A stretch of DNA of 62,447 nt, filler included, from Stramenopiles sp. TOSAG23-2 (lineage: Eukaryota), in NCBI GenBank assembly GCA_900128395.1. It is 5 parts of 5 records of this genome, joined end to end, with 100 filler letters (N's around TTAATTAATTAA, not from the genome) between each part and the next. Parts side by side here need not be neighbours in the genome. Positions count along the whole stretch, not along the records: positions 1 to 28,672 come from LT649397.1; 4 more parts are not named here. The stretch is one strand, 5' to 3'. The number at the start of each line of letters is the position of its first letter. Within the stretch, counting starts at the first letter, position 1. Below the pieces are notes generated by a model that saw nothing but the letters and a program-made list of their open reading frames with translations, had not been told where the DNA came from and did no database searches. Of the stretch, positions 9,135-19,601 are shown one piece after another. The position numbers were made by a program, and so were the translations under genes.

Positions 9135-11867
9135 ATGAGGAAGAATCGATGCTGCAATCAGTATATATATACTGTTTGCATTCTTCTTAGTATTTTAGTG
9201 TCCTCATCAATATTTTCTTGTAATGCTGGAAATATCCGAGGGAACGATAATAGGGCAATTAATAACGAAGACATAGGGAATAATGATCAGTTTGAACAAC
9301 CTGAGCAAACGTTTAAGCACGTAGTGCGTTTGCATTCAGGTGTTAAGGATAAAGTTAGGCAAGTACACTACAGTCTACCAATAGGAATTCAGAAACAGTT
9401 AGACGCGAAAAATTTCATCATGTCTCGCGGTGCTGATCCTAGAGTGCAGTCTGTAATTAAAAATTTAACTAGTATGCAAATAGACTCTGTAATGCAACAT
9501 ATTGAGCAATCAATAATAGATAGATTGACAAATCCATATGACAAGAAAAAAGATACGGGAATGGCAAGGAATATTACTGATGCTATTGATGCAGAAACGG
9601 ACTTAATAGAAAAATTATTAGCATCTCTTTCTGCACTTTGTACTTCAGTTGCAGGTGCAGATGCCGCTGCAGGTTCTGCTAAAGGTTCCGCTGCTGACCT
9701 AAGCTCGACTACTGCTGACCTAAAGAAACTTTTAAGTTTAATGTATCGTTTAGAAAATGCATTACGGAACGCAAATGTGAATACAGCAGAATCAAGGGAA
9801 ACTTCAAGGAAGTTGAGAAACTTTCTGTCAGACCTTGAGAAATTCATTGACTTTATGAAAGCAACAGAAAAGACTATGATTTTTACCATTCATGGCGTTA
9901 CAACAGTAACCGATGCTACTTACAAATCAATTCGTTCGGCGCTACTTGAGTCACTAGAAAACTATTTTAATCTTCAGGAGATTAACGTGAAAGTATCAGA
10001 CGCTACTGCAAACCCAAAAAGTATCCTATTTACATACAGCGTAACTTTAAAAACTAGTAATATTCAGAATGAAGCAATTAGCAATAAAGCGAAAGAATTA
10101 ACTGCTCTTTCATCAAAATCAAGAGCTAACCTTTTCAGCATCTTAAAGAATAAAGTACTTGAAAAGGATCCGGAACTGAAAAGGGACCTTTCTCAAATGA
10201 AAGTAATTGCAACAATCAAAGATATACCTCCTGAGACAGAAGTAGATAATTTTTTTCCAAGAGCTAAATCAATTGGAAGTGAGGTTGAATTAAGCTATAT
10301 TAGTGACTTGAAATTAAGACGCAATATGAAACATGACGACATCCACCATGCTGGGGCATTCAAACCCTTATCAAGTGATGATTTGATGAAGAATCTTCTG
10401 TCCGGAACATCCATGAATGATCCAGATACTCTTATGGCATATGCTAGTTTAATTTGCAATTTTAACAGATTGTCTGGAATCACCTTAGCAAATGCTAAGC
10501 AAAAATGTGCAGATACCAGGCGTCGTTTAACACAATTGCTAAGAAAGGAGAAAGGAAATAGTGCGAGTAATAATATTAATCTTTTACCAAGTAATAATAA
10601 AGTGCATATAAAAGCTGAGCAAGAAAATGAAGCAGAATTGAAACAAGTTGAAGCAAATGAAAGGGAAGCTAGCAAAAAATTTGAAGCAGAGCAAGAACAA
10701 AGTTTAAAAGAAACGAAAGAAATTAGCAACGATTCTCTAGAAGTGAAAGAGAAAGAAGATGTCGCTCACGCTTTGGAGCTCACGGAAGAAAATATGGCTA
10801 AAGTTCATCACGAACTTCTTAACGACGTAAAAAATACTCAAAAACAAATTCAAACATATTTAGAGCTAGGTAATAAAGAAAAGGCTGAACAAGTACGAAA
10901 ACTTTTAAAGTCATTAGTAGCAAAGGTTGCTGCAGCAGAAAAGAAATTATTAGAGATTCAAAAGAAGAACAAAGCTGCTCAAGATATGCTTCAAAATCAA
11001 AGAGCAAAATTGGCACAAGCAAAAGTAAGGATGCAACAATTAGAAATGAAAGAAAAAGCTGATAAGGAAGCTATGAAGCAATTAGAAGCAAAACGTCAAG
11101 AAAAAATCAAAGAACGTCTGGTCGAAAGAGAAAATCTGCATAAAAATATTTTATCGTTAAAACGTGATACAGCAGCAATAGAAGCTCAAATTCAGAACGG
11201 CGCTGGTATTCCAGGATCAGCACAAACTTTTGACAGTTCGGATATAGACCAACAATCATATGCAAAACAAAAACTTGAAGAAATCGTTAAAGGTTTTAGC
11301 AATGTAGTCATTGCAAAAATGAATGCTCAACCAATGCCACAACCGGTACCTCCATCGCCTCCACCGCTTGTGGCCACTGCTGCTGCGCCTGCGAAGCCAA
11401 ATCAAATTAACATAGTTATTGGTTGCGGAAGCGGTAGCAACTGTAAGAAGAATAAAGGTAAAAATAGCGATGAAAACCAAAAACCGCATCGATTGGCATC
11501 GAAACAAGATTTAGAAGAAGCTTCTAAACCTGAAGTTGTAGACAAATTAGTAAAAGATTCTATGAAATCGATGGTTAAAGAGAAGCAAGAAGATGAAGTA
11601 GATAGATTAGAAAGAAGAAGGATAGAATTAGAACATGATGAAAAAATACAAGAAAATGCTTCTAAAGATGTGAAAAACGCTATACTGGCTAAGAATGAAG
11701 CCGAGGATAAAGTTGCTTTGATGAAATCACAATTAAATGCACAACGTAAAACTAATGCAGATAATAAAGCTGATTTAGAAAGCGAAGTAACAACTCGAAA
11801 TGCACAAAAACAAGTTTTAGAGGATAAAGAAGAGCATGTTAAAGAAATGCTTGATGCTGCTTCTTAA
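9135..11867 (+). CDS. Secreted coiled-coil protein of unknown function (paralogue of 6652-8499)
   Basis: 910-aa ORF with signal peptide, long coiled coil, Pro/Ala linker and INIVIGCGSG motif. Confidence 0.85.
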   Translation: MRKNRCCNQYIYTVCILLSILVSSSIFSCNAGNIRGNDNRAINNEDIGNNDQFEQPEQTFKHVVRLHSGVKDKVRQVHYSLPIGIQKQLDAKNFIMSRGADPRVQSVIKNLTSMQIDSVMQHIEQSIIDRLTNPYDKKKDTGMARNITDAIDAETDLIEKLLASLSALCTSVAGADAAAGSAKGSAADLSSTTADLKKLLSLMYRLENALRNANVNTAESRETSRKLRNFLSDLEKFIDFMKATEKTMIFTIHGVTTVTDATYKSIRSALLESLENYFNLQEINVKVSDATANPKSILFTYSVTLKTSNIQNEAISNKAKELTALSSKSRANLFSILKNKVLEKDPELKRDLSQMKVIATIKDIPPETEVDNFFPRAKSIGSEVELSYISDLKLRRNMKHDDIHHAGAFKPLSSDDLMKNLLSGTSMNDPDTLMAYASLICNFNRLSGITLANAKQKCADTRRRLTQLLRKEKGNSASNNINLLPSNNKVHIKAEQENEAELKQVEANEREASKKFEAEQEQSLKETKEISNDSLEVKEKEDVAHALELTEENMAKVHHELLNDVKNTQKQIQTYLELGNKEKAEQVRKLLKSLVAKVAAAEKKLLEIQKKNKAAQDMLQNQRAKLAQAKVRMQQLEMKEKADKEAMKQLEAKRQEKIKERLVERENLHKNILSLKRDTAAIEAQIQNGAGIPGSAQTFDSSDIDQQSYAKQKLEEIVKGFSNVVIAKMNAQPMPQPVPPSPPPLVATAAAPAKPNQINIVIGCGSGSNCKKNKGKNSDENQKPHRLASKQDLEEASKPEVVDKLVKDSMKSMVKEKQEDEVDRLERRRIELEHDEKIQENASKDVKNAILAKNEAEDKVALMKSQLNAQRKTNADNKADLESEVTTRNAQKQVLEDKEEHVKEMLDAAS

Positions 11868-12010
11868 ATATTTATATAAACGAAGTATATGTTTTAGTAA
11901 AAATATGTGCGCATGTGCTTGTGTAAGCTAAGTATGTGTGTGTCAATTTTGCGTTTTAAAATTATTTTTAAAAATAACATATTGGTGTGTCTGTATTTTT
12001 AATACTGCAA

Positions 12011-12220
12011 TTACAGTTCTTGACCGCACCTTCCGCAACATTCTGCTTTTCTATTGGGAAGGACTGCTACAAAAAAGTTTTTTTCATTTGAGCGGTTCCA
12101 GAGCTGAACTCGGTCCCGCTGGAATCCTACCACCACCGGGGGTAGTTGGAGTTCTTGTCGGTGCAGGTTTAGGTGCGCTTTTTGGTTTATTGGACCCTCC
12201 AAAATCACAAAAATACTCTC
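12011..12220 (-). pseudogene. Possible degraded gene fragment (Pro/Thr-rich stretch and a CxxC-like tail in different frames)
   Basis: GC-rich island. One minus frame reads YFCDFGGSNKPKSAPKPAPTRTPTTPGGGRIPAGPSSALEPLK* with no start codon; another ends NFFVAVLPNRKAECCGRCGQEL*. Confidence 0.3.
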
Positions 12221-12261
12221 ATAGCACACTATTATTATCAAAAAAAAGATATAGTATATAA

Positions 12262-12303
12262 TACCTGGTATTATTGAAATTATTTACTGTATATTACCAG
12301 GTA
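12262..12303. promoter_or_regulatory. Pair of TACCWGGTA palindromes (recurrent upstream motif)
   Basis: TACCTGGTA at 12262-12270 and TACCAGGTA at 12295-12303. Further copies at 29033, 35307, 54104, 54321 and 61093 all lie in 5' intergenic DNA. Confidence 0.5.
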
Positions 12304-12330
12304 CTCAGGAAACCCCGCTATGCTATTCGC

Positions 12331-12368
12331 ATATACAGTATGGCAGCGACAGCTGCCATACTGTATAT
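12331..12368. repeat. Perfect 17-bp stem hairpin
   Basis: ATATACAGTATGGCAGC-gaca-GCTGCCATACTGTATAT. Confidence 0.85.
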
Positions 12369-12375
12369 ACTCAGG

Positions 12376-12725
12376 AAATGAATGGCACTATGCTTGAGAC
12401 TTTTTTTTTTTAAATCGAAAAAATATCGACATCTAAATTCCAAAAATGACATCACTGATTTTTGTAAAATTTTGAGTGAAAAATATCATTTCAAAACTTA
12501 TGATATTACTATTTAAATGACGAAAACGACAAATAATTTGAAAAATTAAATTATTTAATCTAATAATATCCGAAAATACACATCTCGTAAAAAAAAAAGC
12601 TACATCCAGTATGCCAGTATGCTATGTATGAAAAAAAAAAAAAATTTAAATTATTTAATCTAATAATATCCGAAAATACACATCTCGTAAAAAAAAAAAA
12701 GTCTCAAGCATAGTGCCATTCGTTT
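12376..12725. mobile_element. MITE-like non-autonomous element (~350 bp)
   Basis: 32-bp perfect terminal inverted repeat GAATGGCACTATGCTTGAGAC-T11 (12380-12411 / 12690-12721). Internal 53-bp direct repeat (12546-12598 / 12646-12698). TCAGG on both flanks (12371-12375, 12727-12731) is a possible target duplication. Confidence 0.75.
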
Positions 12726-12936
12726 ATCAGGTAGCTAATTACAGTGGCCTGGTATTGATACAACAAAAAAAAAAAAAAAGAAGAAGAAAGAATAGTGCAA
12801 TATAGTGCTGTAAATAAACCATACAAAAAAAGAATGAACCAAAAAAAATAGTATAATATATACAATGATGACAGAACATTATAACATATATACCATACAT
12901 AAATTAACAAGATATATACATATAACACATATCAAT

Positions 12937-15528
12937 ATGTCGTCTTATAATAACAATAATAAAAAAAATTCTTTAATAACACCAGCTCAAGCAGCAATTA
13001 AATTAATGCAAAACGATCCTGCGTTTGTTAAAAAAAAAGATAAGTTTCGTATTTTTGAACATGATTTTGCAAGTGACTTGAATTTCCAGAATACTTTCAT
13101 TTTATTATTATTTATTCGTATAATAGCTGCAATAACATCACATATACGAGACTGTGATGAAACATTTAATTACTGGGAGCCAACACATTATTTGTTGAAA
13201 GGGTATGGTATGCAAACCTGGGAGTATTCTCCCACTTTTGCTTTACGTTCATATGCATATGTTTTCTTCCACGTAATTTTTGGTATGATAGTTCGTATAT
13301 TAGTTGAATGGCAGGATAAAGTACTTATTTTCTATGCGATACGAATCATATTAGGCGTATCTTGTGCTTATTGTGAAGCATATTTTTATCAAGCTGTATG
13401 TTACCGCTTTGGTCGCACTGTGGGGCGTTATACTTTACTATTTACGTTTTTCAGTAGTGGTATGTATTTTTCTTCCGTGGCATACGTACCAAGCTCATAC
13501 GCAATGTATACTGTATTACTATCTTTTGCAGCATGGTTTTATGGTCATCATGGTAAATCTATTGTTTTTGCTGCCTTGGGAGTTATTTTATCTACATGGC
13601 CTTACATAGCAGTAATATTTCTACCTTTATCCTTTGATGCATTATATTATCGTGGTATATTTAAAATCATTCTATGGGCATTAAAGTTGATTTTGTATGT
13701 GCTTGTGCCGATGATATTAATTGATTCTTTTTTTTATGGCAAATGGGTTTTCACTGTATATAACATTGTACATTACAATGTTTTCCGTGCAAATTCTATC
13801 TTATATGGGGTGGAAGATTGGAAATATTATTTAATCAATGGATTTTTAAATTTTTCATTTTGTTTTCCGTTAGCTTTAGTGTCTTTTCTTGTACCACTTT
13901 TAGTATGGTTATATGGCCAAGGGAAATATATAGCTAGAGGATTTATAAAAGATGATCAAAGTAATATTGATGAAGATAAAATTAAATTACCAATGTTAAC
14001 ACCCACGCGCGTATTGATATATATCAGCCCTTTATATATATGGTTTTTCATCATGGAATCGCAACCGCACAAAGAAGAGCGTTTCTTGTATGTTATATAT
14101 CCATTGATATCATTATGTAGTGCGCTATCATTTGTCACCATCACAAAAGTCTTGGCATATAAAATGGAAAATATGGTATATAAATCATTTGGTAAAATCA
14201 TGGAATTAGTGAAAATAATATTCATTTTTATTTTTATTATATTATCCGTGTCTAGAACAACAAGTGAAATTATTAATTTCGGAGCACCTTTAAAGGTATA
14301 TCGTCATTTATACCACGATGAAATTGAACGACATATAGCCATGCGCTCTGTACCACATGATGAGGACAGAACAGTCCTTGTATGTGTCGGTAAAGAATGG
14401 TATCGATATCCAGCAAGTTTTTTTTTATCCAGTAATTCTAGATTAGCGTTTGTTGAAGCTGGATTTAAAGGTCAATTACCACAGCCATATTTTGAATTAG
14501 AAGGTGGTACTAGGTTGTTACAAAATAATTTTAATGATATGAATTTAGAAGAGACAACACGTTACATACCTAAAGAAGAATGCCATTATTTAATAGACAT
14601 GGATATCGGTGAAAGTGGTACTGTTCATCAAGATACGGAACGATGGGAAGTTATTTATACAGCGAAGTTTTTGAACAGCGGGGATTCGCCAAGGCTTTCC
14701 AGAGTTTTTTACATACCATATTATTCAAACAAACGTAACAAATTTTTTGATTACAAATTGTTGAGAAATAAAAATGTAGTTATACCACGGCATAAGCATA
14801 TTCATCATCACGTAGATTATGATGCAAAATTGAATGAAAAAGATCCACCAAAACCGGCACCACCAATGAAAAAACGGACTGGTCTTACTTTACAACTGGC
14901 GAGAGAAAGTTTGCCGGATATTGTTTTAGATGATGAAAATGAGTTAGTGATTGAAAAAGGGGGAAACGTTTTATTGACTAAACCAGGAAAAGATGGATAT
15001 TGGAATCGTGAAATAGCAGAGAAACATCCACGTTTATTGTTTGTATACGGTGAGAATCATCGTGATTTTTTAAAAATGAAAGCGTATTTTGATGTTGAAC
15101 ATGGAGAGTTACGCCCACAATGGCATTATACAGATCAAAAAAGAACTCAAGGAAACATACGAGGTGAGCCAAATGCATTTCCAATACGGACAAGTTGGTA
15201 TCATGCTATACCTGGATCAGATGCATATCAAAATTGGTTTAACGATCGTGAACTTCCAATCAATTCTGATGTAATTAGAGAGGATATCGATCGTATTGTA
15301 GAAGCGTGGAAACATGGCACGTATGATTTTGTACTCTTTGGACATAAACAAGTTGGTACCGGCGTTGCAAATTTACCTCAACGTGCACCAAAAACATATA
15401 AATTTTTGTTACAAGAAATAGATCGTTTAAAAAGTGTTGTTAATAATCCTAATACCCGTAAAATAAAGTTAGAGGAACATCCGGTTGTGAAGGATATGCC
15501 AGAAGAGGAAGGTAATCAAGAATTGTAA
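12937..15528 (+). CDS. ALG9: ALG9 alpha-1,2-mannosyltransferase (GT22) with a fused C-terminal phage-type domain
   Basis: Motifs DCDETFNYWEPTHYL, QTWEYSP.FALRSYAY, QPHKEERFLYVIYP and VCVGKEWYRYPASF; multiple TM helices; about 250 extra C-terminal residues; ends NQEL. ATG 12937 is preferred over 12865. Confidence 0.93.
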   Translation: MSSYNNNNKKNSLITPAQAAIKLMQNDPAFVKKKDKFRIFEHDFASDLNFQNTFILLLFIRIIAAITSHIRDCDETFNYWEPTHYLLKGYGMQTWEYSPTFALRSYAYVFFHVIFGMIVRILVEWQDKVLIFYAIRIILGVSCAYCEAYFYQAVCYRFGRTVGRYTLLFTFFSSGMYFSSVAYVPSSYAMYTVLLSFAAWFYGHHGKSIVFAALGVILSTWPYIAVIFLPLSFDALYYRGIFKIILWALKLILYVLVPMILIDSFFYGKWVFTVYNIVHYNVFRANSILYGVEDWKYYLINGFLNFSFCFPLALVSFLVPLLVWLYGQGKYIARGFIKDDQSNIDEDKIKLPMLTPTRVLIYISPLYIWFFIMESQPHKEERFLYVIYPLISLCSALSFVTITKVLAYKMENMVYKSFGKIMELVKIIFIFIFIILSVSRTTSEIINFGAPLKVYRHLYHDEIERHIAMRSVPHDEDRTVLVCVGKEWYRYPASFFLSSNSRLAFVEAGFKGQLPQPYFELEGGTRLLQNNFNDMNLEETTRYIPKEECHYLIDMDIGESGTVHQDTERWEVIYTAKFLNSGDSPRLSRVFYIPYYSNKRNKFFDYKLLRNKNVVIPRHKHIHHHVDYDAKLNEKDPPKPAPPMKKRTGLTLQLARESLPDIVLDDENELVIEKGGNVLLTKPGKDGYWNREIAEKHPRLLFVYGENHRDFLKMKAYFDVEHGELRPQWHYTDQKRTQGNIRGEPNAFPIRTSWYHAIPGSDAYQNWFNDRELPINSDVIREDIDRIVEAWKHGTYDFVLFGHKQVGTGVANLPQRAPKTYKFLLQEIDRLKSVVNNPNTRKIKLEEHPVVKDMPEEEGNQEL

Positions 15529-15956
15529 AAAAAAAAGTTTTGTATTTTTTTTTTATTTTTTTATATTTTTATATTTTCGCGTATTTTTTTTTAAATATTT
15601 TTTAAAATATCAAAAATTGAAAAAATTAAACGAAAAAAATCTTTTTATTTTTTAAATATATGATATACAAACGTGTGTAATATATAAGCATAAGCCATCA
15701 ATATAAGCCTATTTTAAATTATAAGGACGGGCTTTAAAATCTCATTTTTATTATCATATTATGATATGATACCGATTTGTACGCGTATGATACGAAGTAA
15801 TTTATACGAAGTAATATTTAAATAAAAATACAGCGGTTACTTCGGTTCACACATTTTTTATAGATAGGAGAACAAAATATTAAACCAAAAGAACATTACG
15901 AAAACGGTATTATGGATTTTTTCTCTCCCACTAAACTAAAATAATCTCACCAATGC

Positions 15957-17287
15957 TTATAATTTAGCATTCATTGCCGCTGGATAGCCATCTGCAAGCC
16001 AATTGGAAATAATTCCTAAAGAACCAGTAGTTTTACCTTTACCTTTTGGATATACTATATCTTTTTGATAATTATCCACACCTTCTCTTAATTGAATACA
16101 TCCCATAGCAATCAATGATGCTGCATTGTCAATAAAGGATTGACGTGCGGGTATCAGTTTCATTCCAAGCTGAGTCTGTGTTAACGAGCGTAACGAGGAA
16201 AGGAATTGTTAGAGAAAATATTTTTGTGTAAATATAGAACATGGTATTAATATCATTAATACGTAGGGATAATACTTACGACACATCTTTGCATATAAGA
16301 AACTGGACCTCGATTAACTTTGCCTTCTTCACTCCATACCTTTTTCCCAGTTGCTTCATCAATATTACGAAATAATCCCCCGCCAATACCATAGCCAGGG
16401 AATGCTTCTCTTAATATTTTTTGCACCTTTGATGTTGGTATTAAACCATCTTCATCATGTGCTACCAAATTATATCTTTCACCATTTTTATTTGTTTTGC
16501 ATTCAGCTATTAGCCTTTGAGCTTGTGCAACATCTCGAACATCTACGGTATTCCAAAACATACTACGATGTGAAAATCCTTGCATTAAATCGCCAATCAT
16601 TGATTGCCATGCGTATGATATATTATGTTTTGCACATAATACTGGGCCAACAACATGACATGGCATTACACCAAATGCATCAAACCCACCATGTTTTGCA
16701 GCTTCTTCATAACAATACAATTCTGTTTCAACTTTTGTCATTGAATATGCAACATCACGATTTTTAGCTGCAACTTTCATACTCCAATGTCTCGCTTTTG
16801 TTTTATCGGTCCCAGATTTAAAATAAGCCCATGAATCTTCTGTATACACATGCCCCTCTTTAACACCGCCGTGACCAACTGCTGCGAATGATGATGTAAA
16901 TATAAATCGTTTTACAGTACCAGATTTTTTAACAGAATCTAAAACTGGAATGATAGCTTTTCTCCCCCCCTCATAAACTTTCAGTGGTGTTGAGTCAGGA
17001 AGATTACCCATTTCAGCAGCAACATGAAATACACAGCTACAACCCTTAAATATATTATCATATGAGCCTTCAATTAACATATCTGCTTCATATAATCTCA
17101 ACGAACCCGAATACCCTTGATTATTCATTTGCAGCAAGTGGGAAGTTTTTGGAAAATTATGTGCATCTCTAACACAAGCGCGCACAGTATATCCATTTTT
17201 TAATAAATTTAGGCAAACGTGTGATCCAATATAACCTGCACATCCGGTTACAGCCACAGGTCCATCTGATGGGGTTACTGGTGGCAT
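15957..17287 (-). CDS. NAD-dependent epimerase/dehydratase, DFR/CCR-like extended SDR (exons 17287-16280, 16175-15957)
   Basis: Motifs VAVTGCAGYIG, VFHVAA, FTSS, YSMTK (YxxxK) and VDVRDVAQA. A phase-0 intron 16279-16176 (GTAAGT...CAG) joins the ORFs; ends AKL. Confidence 0.9.
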
Positions 17288-17560
17288 CTTCTTTTTTATT
17301 CGTTTTGATGATTATAAAGTAATTTTTCCTTGTTTTGTTGTCGTCCTTTGCTGGTTTGCCAGTTTGGTCGCTCGCACGCTCGTCCGTGACACAAAAAAAT
17401 TATTCAATAATAATATTATGTATGTTAAGAGAGGGAGAAAAGGGGTTTTCTTCTTGTATGTGAATATCTTGTACGGGTAAAGCTTCCTTGTTATCTTCTT
17501 ACAGATATAATTTACATAGCTACACATATATTTGTTTGTTGGTTTGGGGCAGCAGAGAAA

Positions 17561-19229
17561 GTACAATTTGTGGGACGGCTAACACTATTTAATGCTAATT
17601 AAAATTCCTACCATAAGTATACTATTTGTTAAATTAAGTACAAAATGCGCCAAATCCTGTCCCACTGTGTCCCACAAATTGTCTACGGGCCATGTGGAAG
17701 ATAATAGGCAATAAATGGACTTATATACAAAACTTAAGTACAATGTCTATTCCGCAGTTTCACAGAGAAGATTTGTGGGACACAGTGGGATGGCATTTTG
17801 GTGATAAAAATATTTAAAATAGCATTAAATAAGATTGTATATTATGTTTTATTAATGGAAATCGATATTTAAACAGAAAATTTGGGAATGCATTTATTCA
17901 ATAGTGAATAGTTATAATATTTTATAACGTATTATTATAGGATTTTTATCATTGAAAACGAACTCAAATCCCAGTTCGTTTTTAACTCAAAAAAATGCTA
18001 CGGCAATATTATCCTTAATCAGCATGAAAAAAAGTGAGTTATATGTTTTTCTAGCATCGGTCTAACATTACAGCCCTGGAGTCCCACATAGGATTTGTAA
18101 ATATTGAATAGATAGGGGTTTATGTATAGGGGTTTAAGTACAATGATATGAACTAAGAAACGCCTATAGACATATTTACTAAGAAACGCCTAGACAACGA
18201 GTTAGTAAATGATAGGAAATTGAACGTGCCAGAAAAACACACCTCGGCATTACATGCACTGTTTACTAATTACAACAACAAGTACGCACACAATAAAACT
18301 TGTAAATATTCTATATAAGAATATTTGAATGAAGAGAATATAGATATACATTATTAAAAGTACAGCATAACAATGAATGTAACAAACGACGTTACTACTA
18401 CCACCACCACAACAACAAATGCTGCTACTACAACTAATAGTCGACGCCTAAGCAGACTAGATGATGTAGATAGTACATTTAATGATTTACGAGATGAAGC
18501 AGAATCAACGGCAAATGAATGCAAGATTTTCCTCCTTGGAATCACGTTTATCAACTGGATATGGTGCAGTAGCAATACCATCATCAAGTGAAATGCCTAT
18601 GTTTGAGCATGCTGATGGTATTGCTTACAAAGTGCCAGAAAATTTTAAGTTTCCGAAAGATTTTATATTACCAGGTTTTAAAAAATGGTTGGTAGGCGAT
18701 AAACAGCAAAAGGTTGGGCCATTTAAAAATCTTCTCGCACCAGATATACCTCGTTCATCTCCATCATTAAAATCAGCCAGGAAGCGGTTAAGTGATTGGA
18801 GATTTGTAATGAATTATTATGAATCAAAATTGGATGAAATTGAAGGTTTACAGTGGAGGGATAACTTTAATTATATTGCACGACGTCATATTATACATGA
18901 GGTAAGAAAATTAGCACCACTATGTAAAACAGGTAGTACACCAACATTAATCTGTGTTCGTACTGTTGCTGCTAAATTACGCAAATTGTTAAAAGAGAGT
19001 AATTAAAATATAATATATATATTTATTTATTTTCATTTTTTTAAAATTAATAAAAAAATGAAATCAATATCTTGCCAAATTTCTAATTTTTTGTCTTCTC
19101 AATGGGATTGGCCGCGGGACAGTGCTATTTCCCTACAAGTGCCTCCGTAGGAGGGACACAGCATTGCAAGCCGAAGGCTTGCACAGCATTGCCTAAGTTA
19201 AGTCTTAAATCCTGTCCCACAAATTGTCC
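17561..19229. mobile_element. Inverted-repeat-bounded non-autonomous DNA element (~1.67 kb) carrying a Crypton-like gene remnant
   Basis: ACAATTTGTGGGAC (17563-17576) is inverted at 19214-19227 and 17669-17682. A 20-bp inverted repeat lies at 17660-17679 / 17771-17790, with further GTCCCAC/GGGACA copies and GNA-loop hairpins at 19142-19183. Confidence 0.65.
18373..19006 (+). pseudogene. Transposon-derived ORF resembling the C-terminal domain of stramenopile Crypton-type proteins; no recombinase domain; probable frameshift near 18480
   Basis: VPENFKFP...WLVGD...VGPFKNL...KRLSDWRFVM pattern. A T-rich N-terminus (from 18373) and the coiled-coil/C-domain (from 18482) lie in different overlapping frames. 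Confidence 0.5.
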
Positions 19230-19419
19230 TCTAATAAGAGGAGTATAATAATAAGAGAGGACTCGTCGTCACCTGCCTGAGTAATAATTTTTTAGGGGGT
19301 AAGACGGGGAGACGGTGGTATAAAAGAACTAAGATAAAACAAGTAAACTAACAAGTATAGTTAAATAGTATAATTATAAAATTAGGGGGATTTTGTATTA
19401 TTTTTTTAATCCATGCCGG

Positions 19420-19454
19420 GCATGCTGGGCATGCCCAGGGCATGCCCAGCATGC
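19420..19454. promoter_or_regulatory. GC-rich CATG-array palindrome
   Basis: GCATGCTGGGCATGCCC-a-GGGCATGCCCAGCATGC (17-bp arms). A related CATGCCCGGGCATG lies at 3333-3346. The regulatory role is inferred. Confidence 0.45.
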
Positions 19455-19601
19455 TATTAATTCCTGTATGGATGGATGGAATGCGCGGGTGACTTTTTTT
19501 TTATTACTGGATTACATAATTTTTTTACAACAACACCACCCTTATATACACAAATTATAAATCTATAATAGAATATAGAGAGCCCTGGGAGAGAGGAAAA
19601 C

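Noticed and set aside
17762-17773. ACAGAGAAGATT matches the U6 snRNA ACAGAGA box
   Set aside because: It is not followed by AGCATGGCCC and has no U6 5' stem. It overlaps the element's inverted repeat.
19412-19454. GGGCATGCCC as p53 response elements
   Set aside because: It matches RRRCWWGYYY, but nothing supports a p53-family factor in this organism. Kept only as a generic palindrome.
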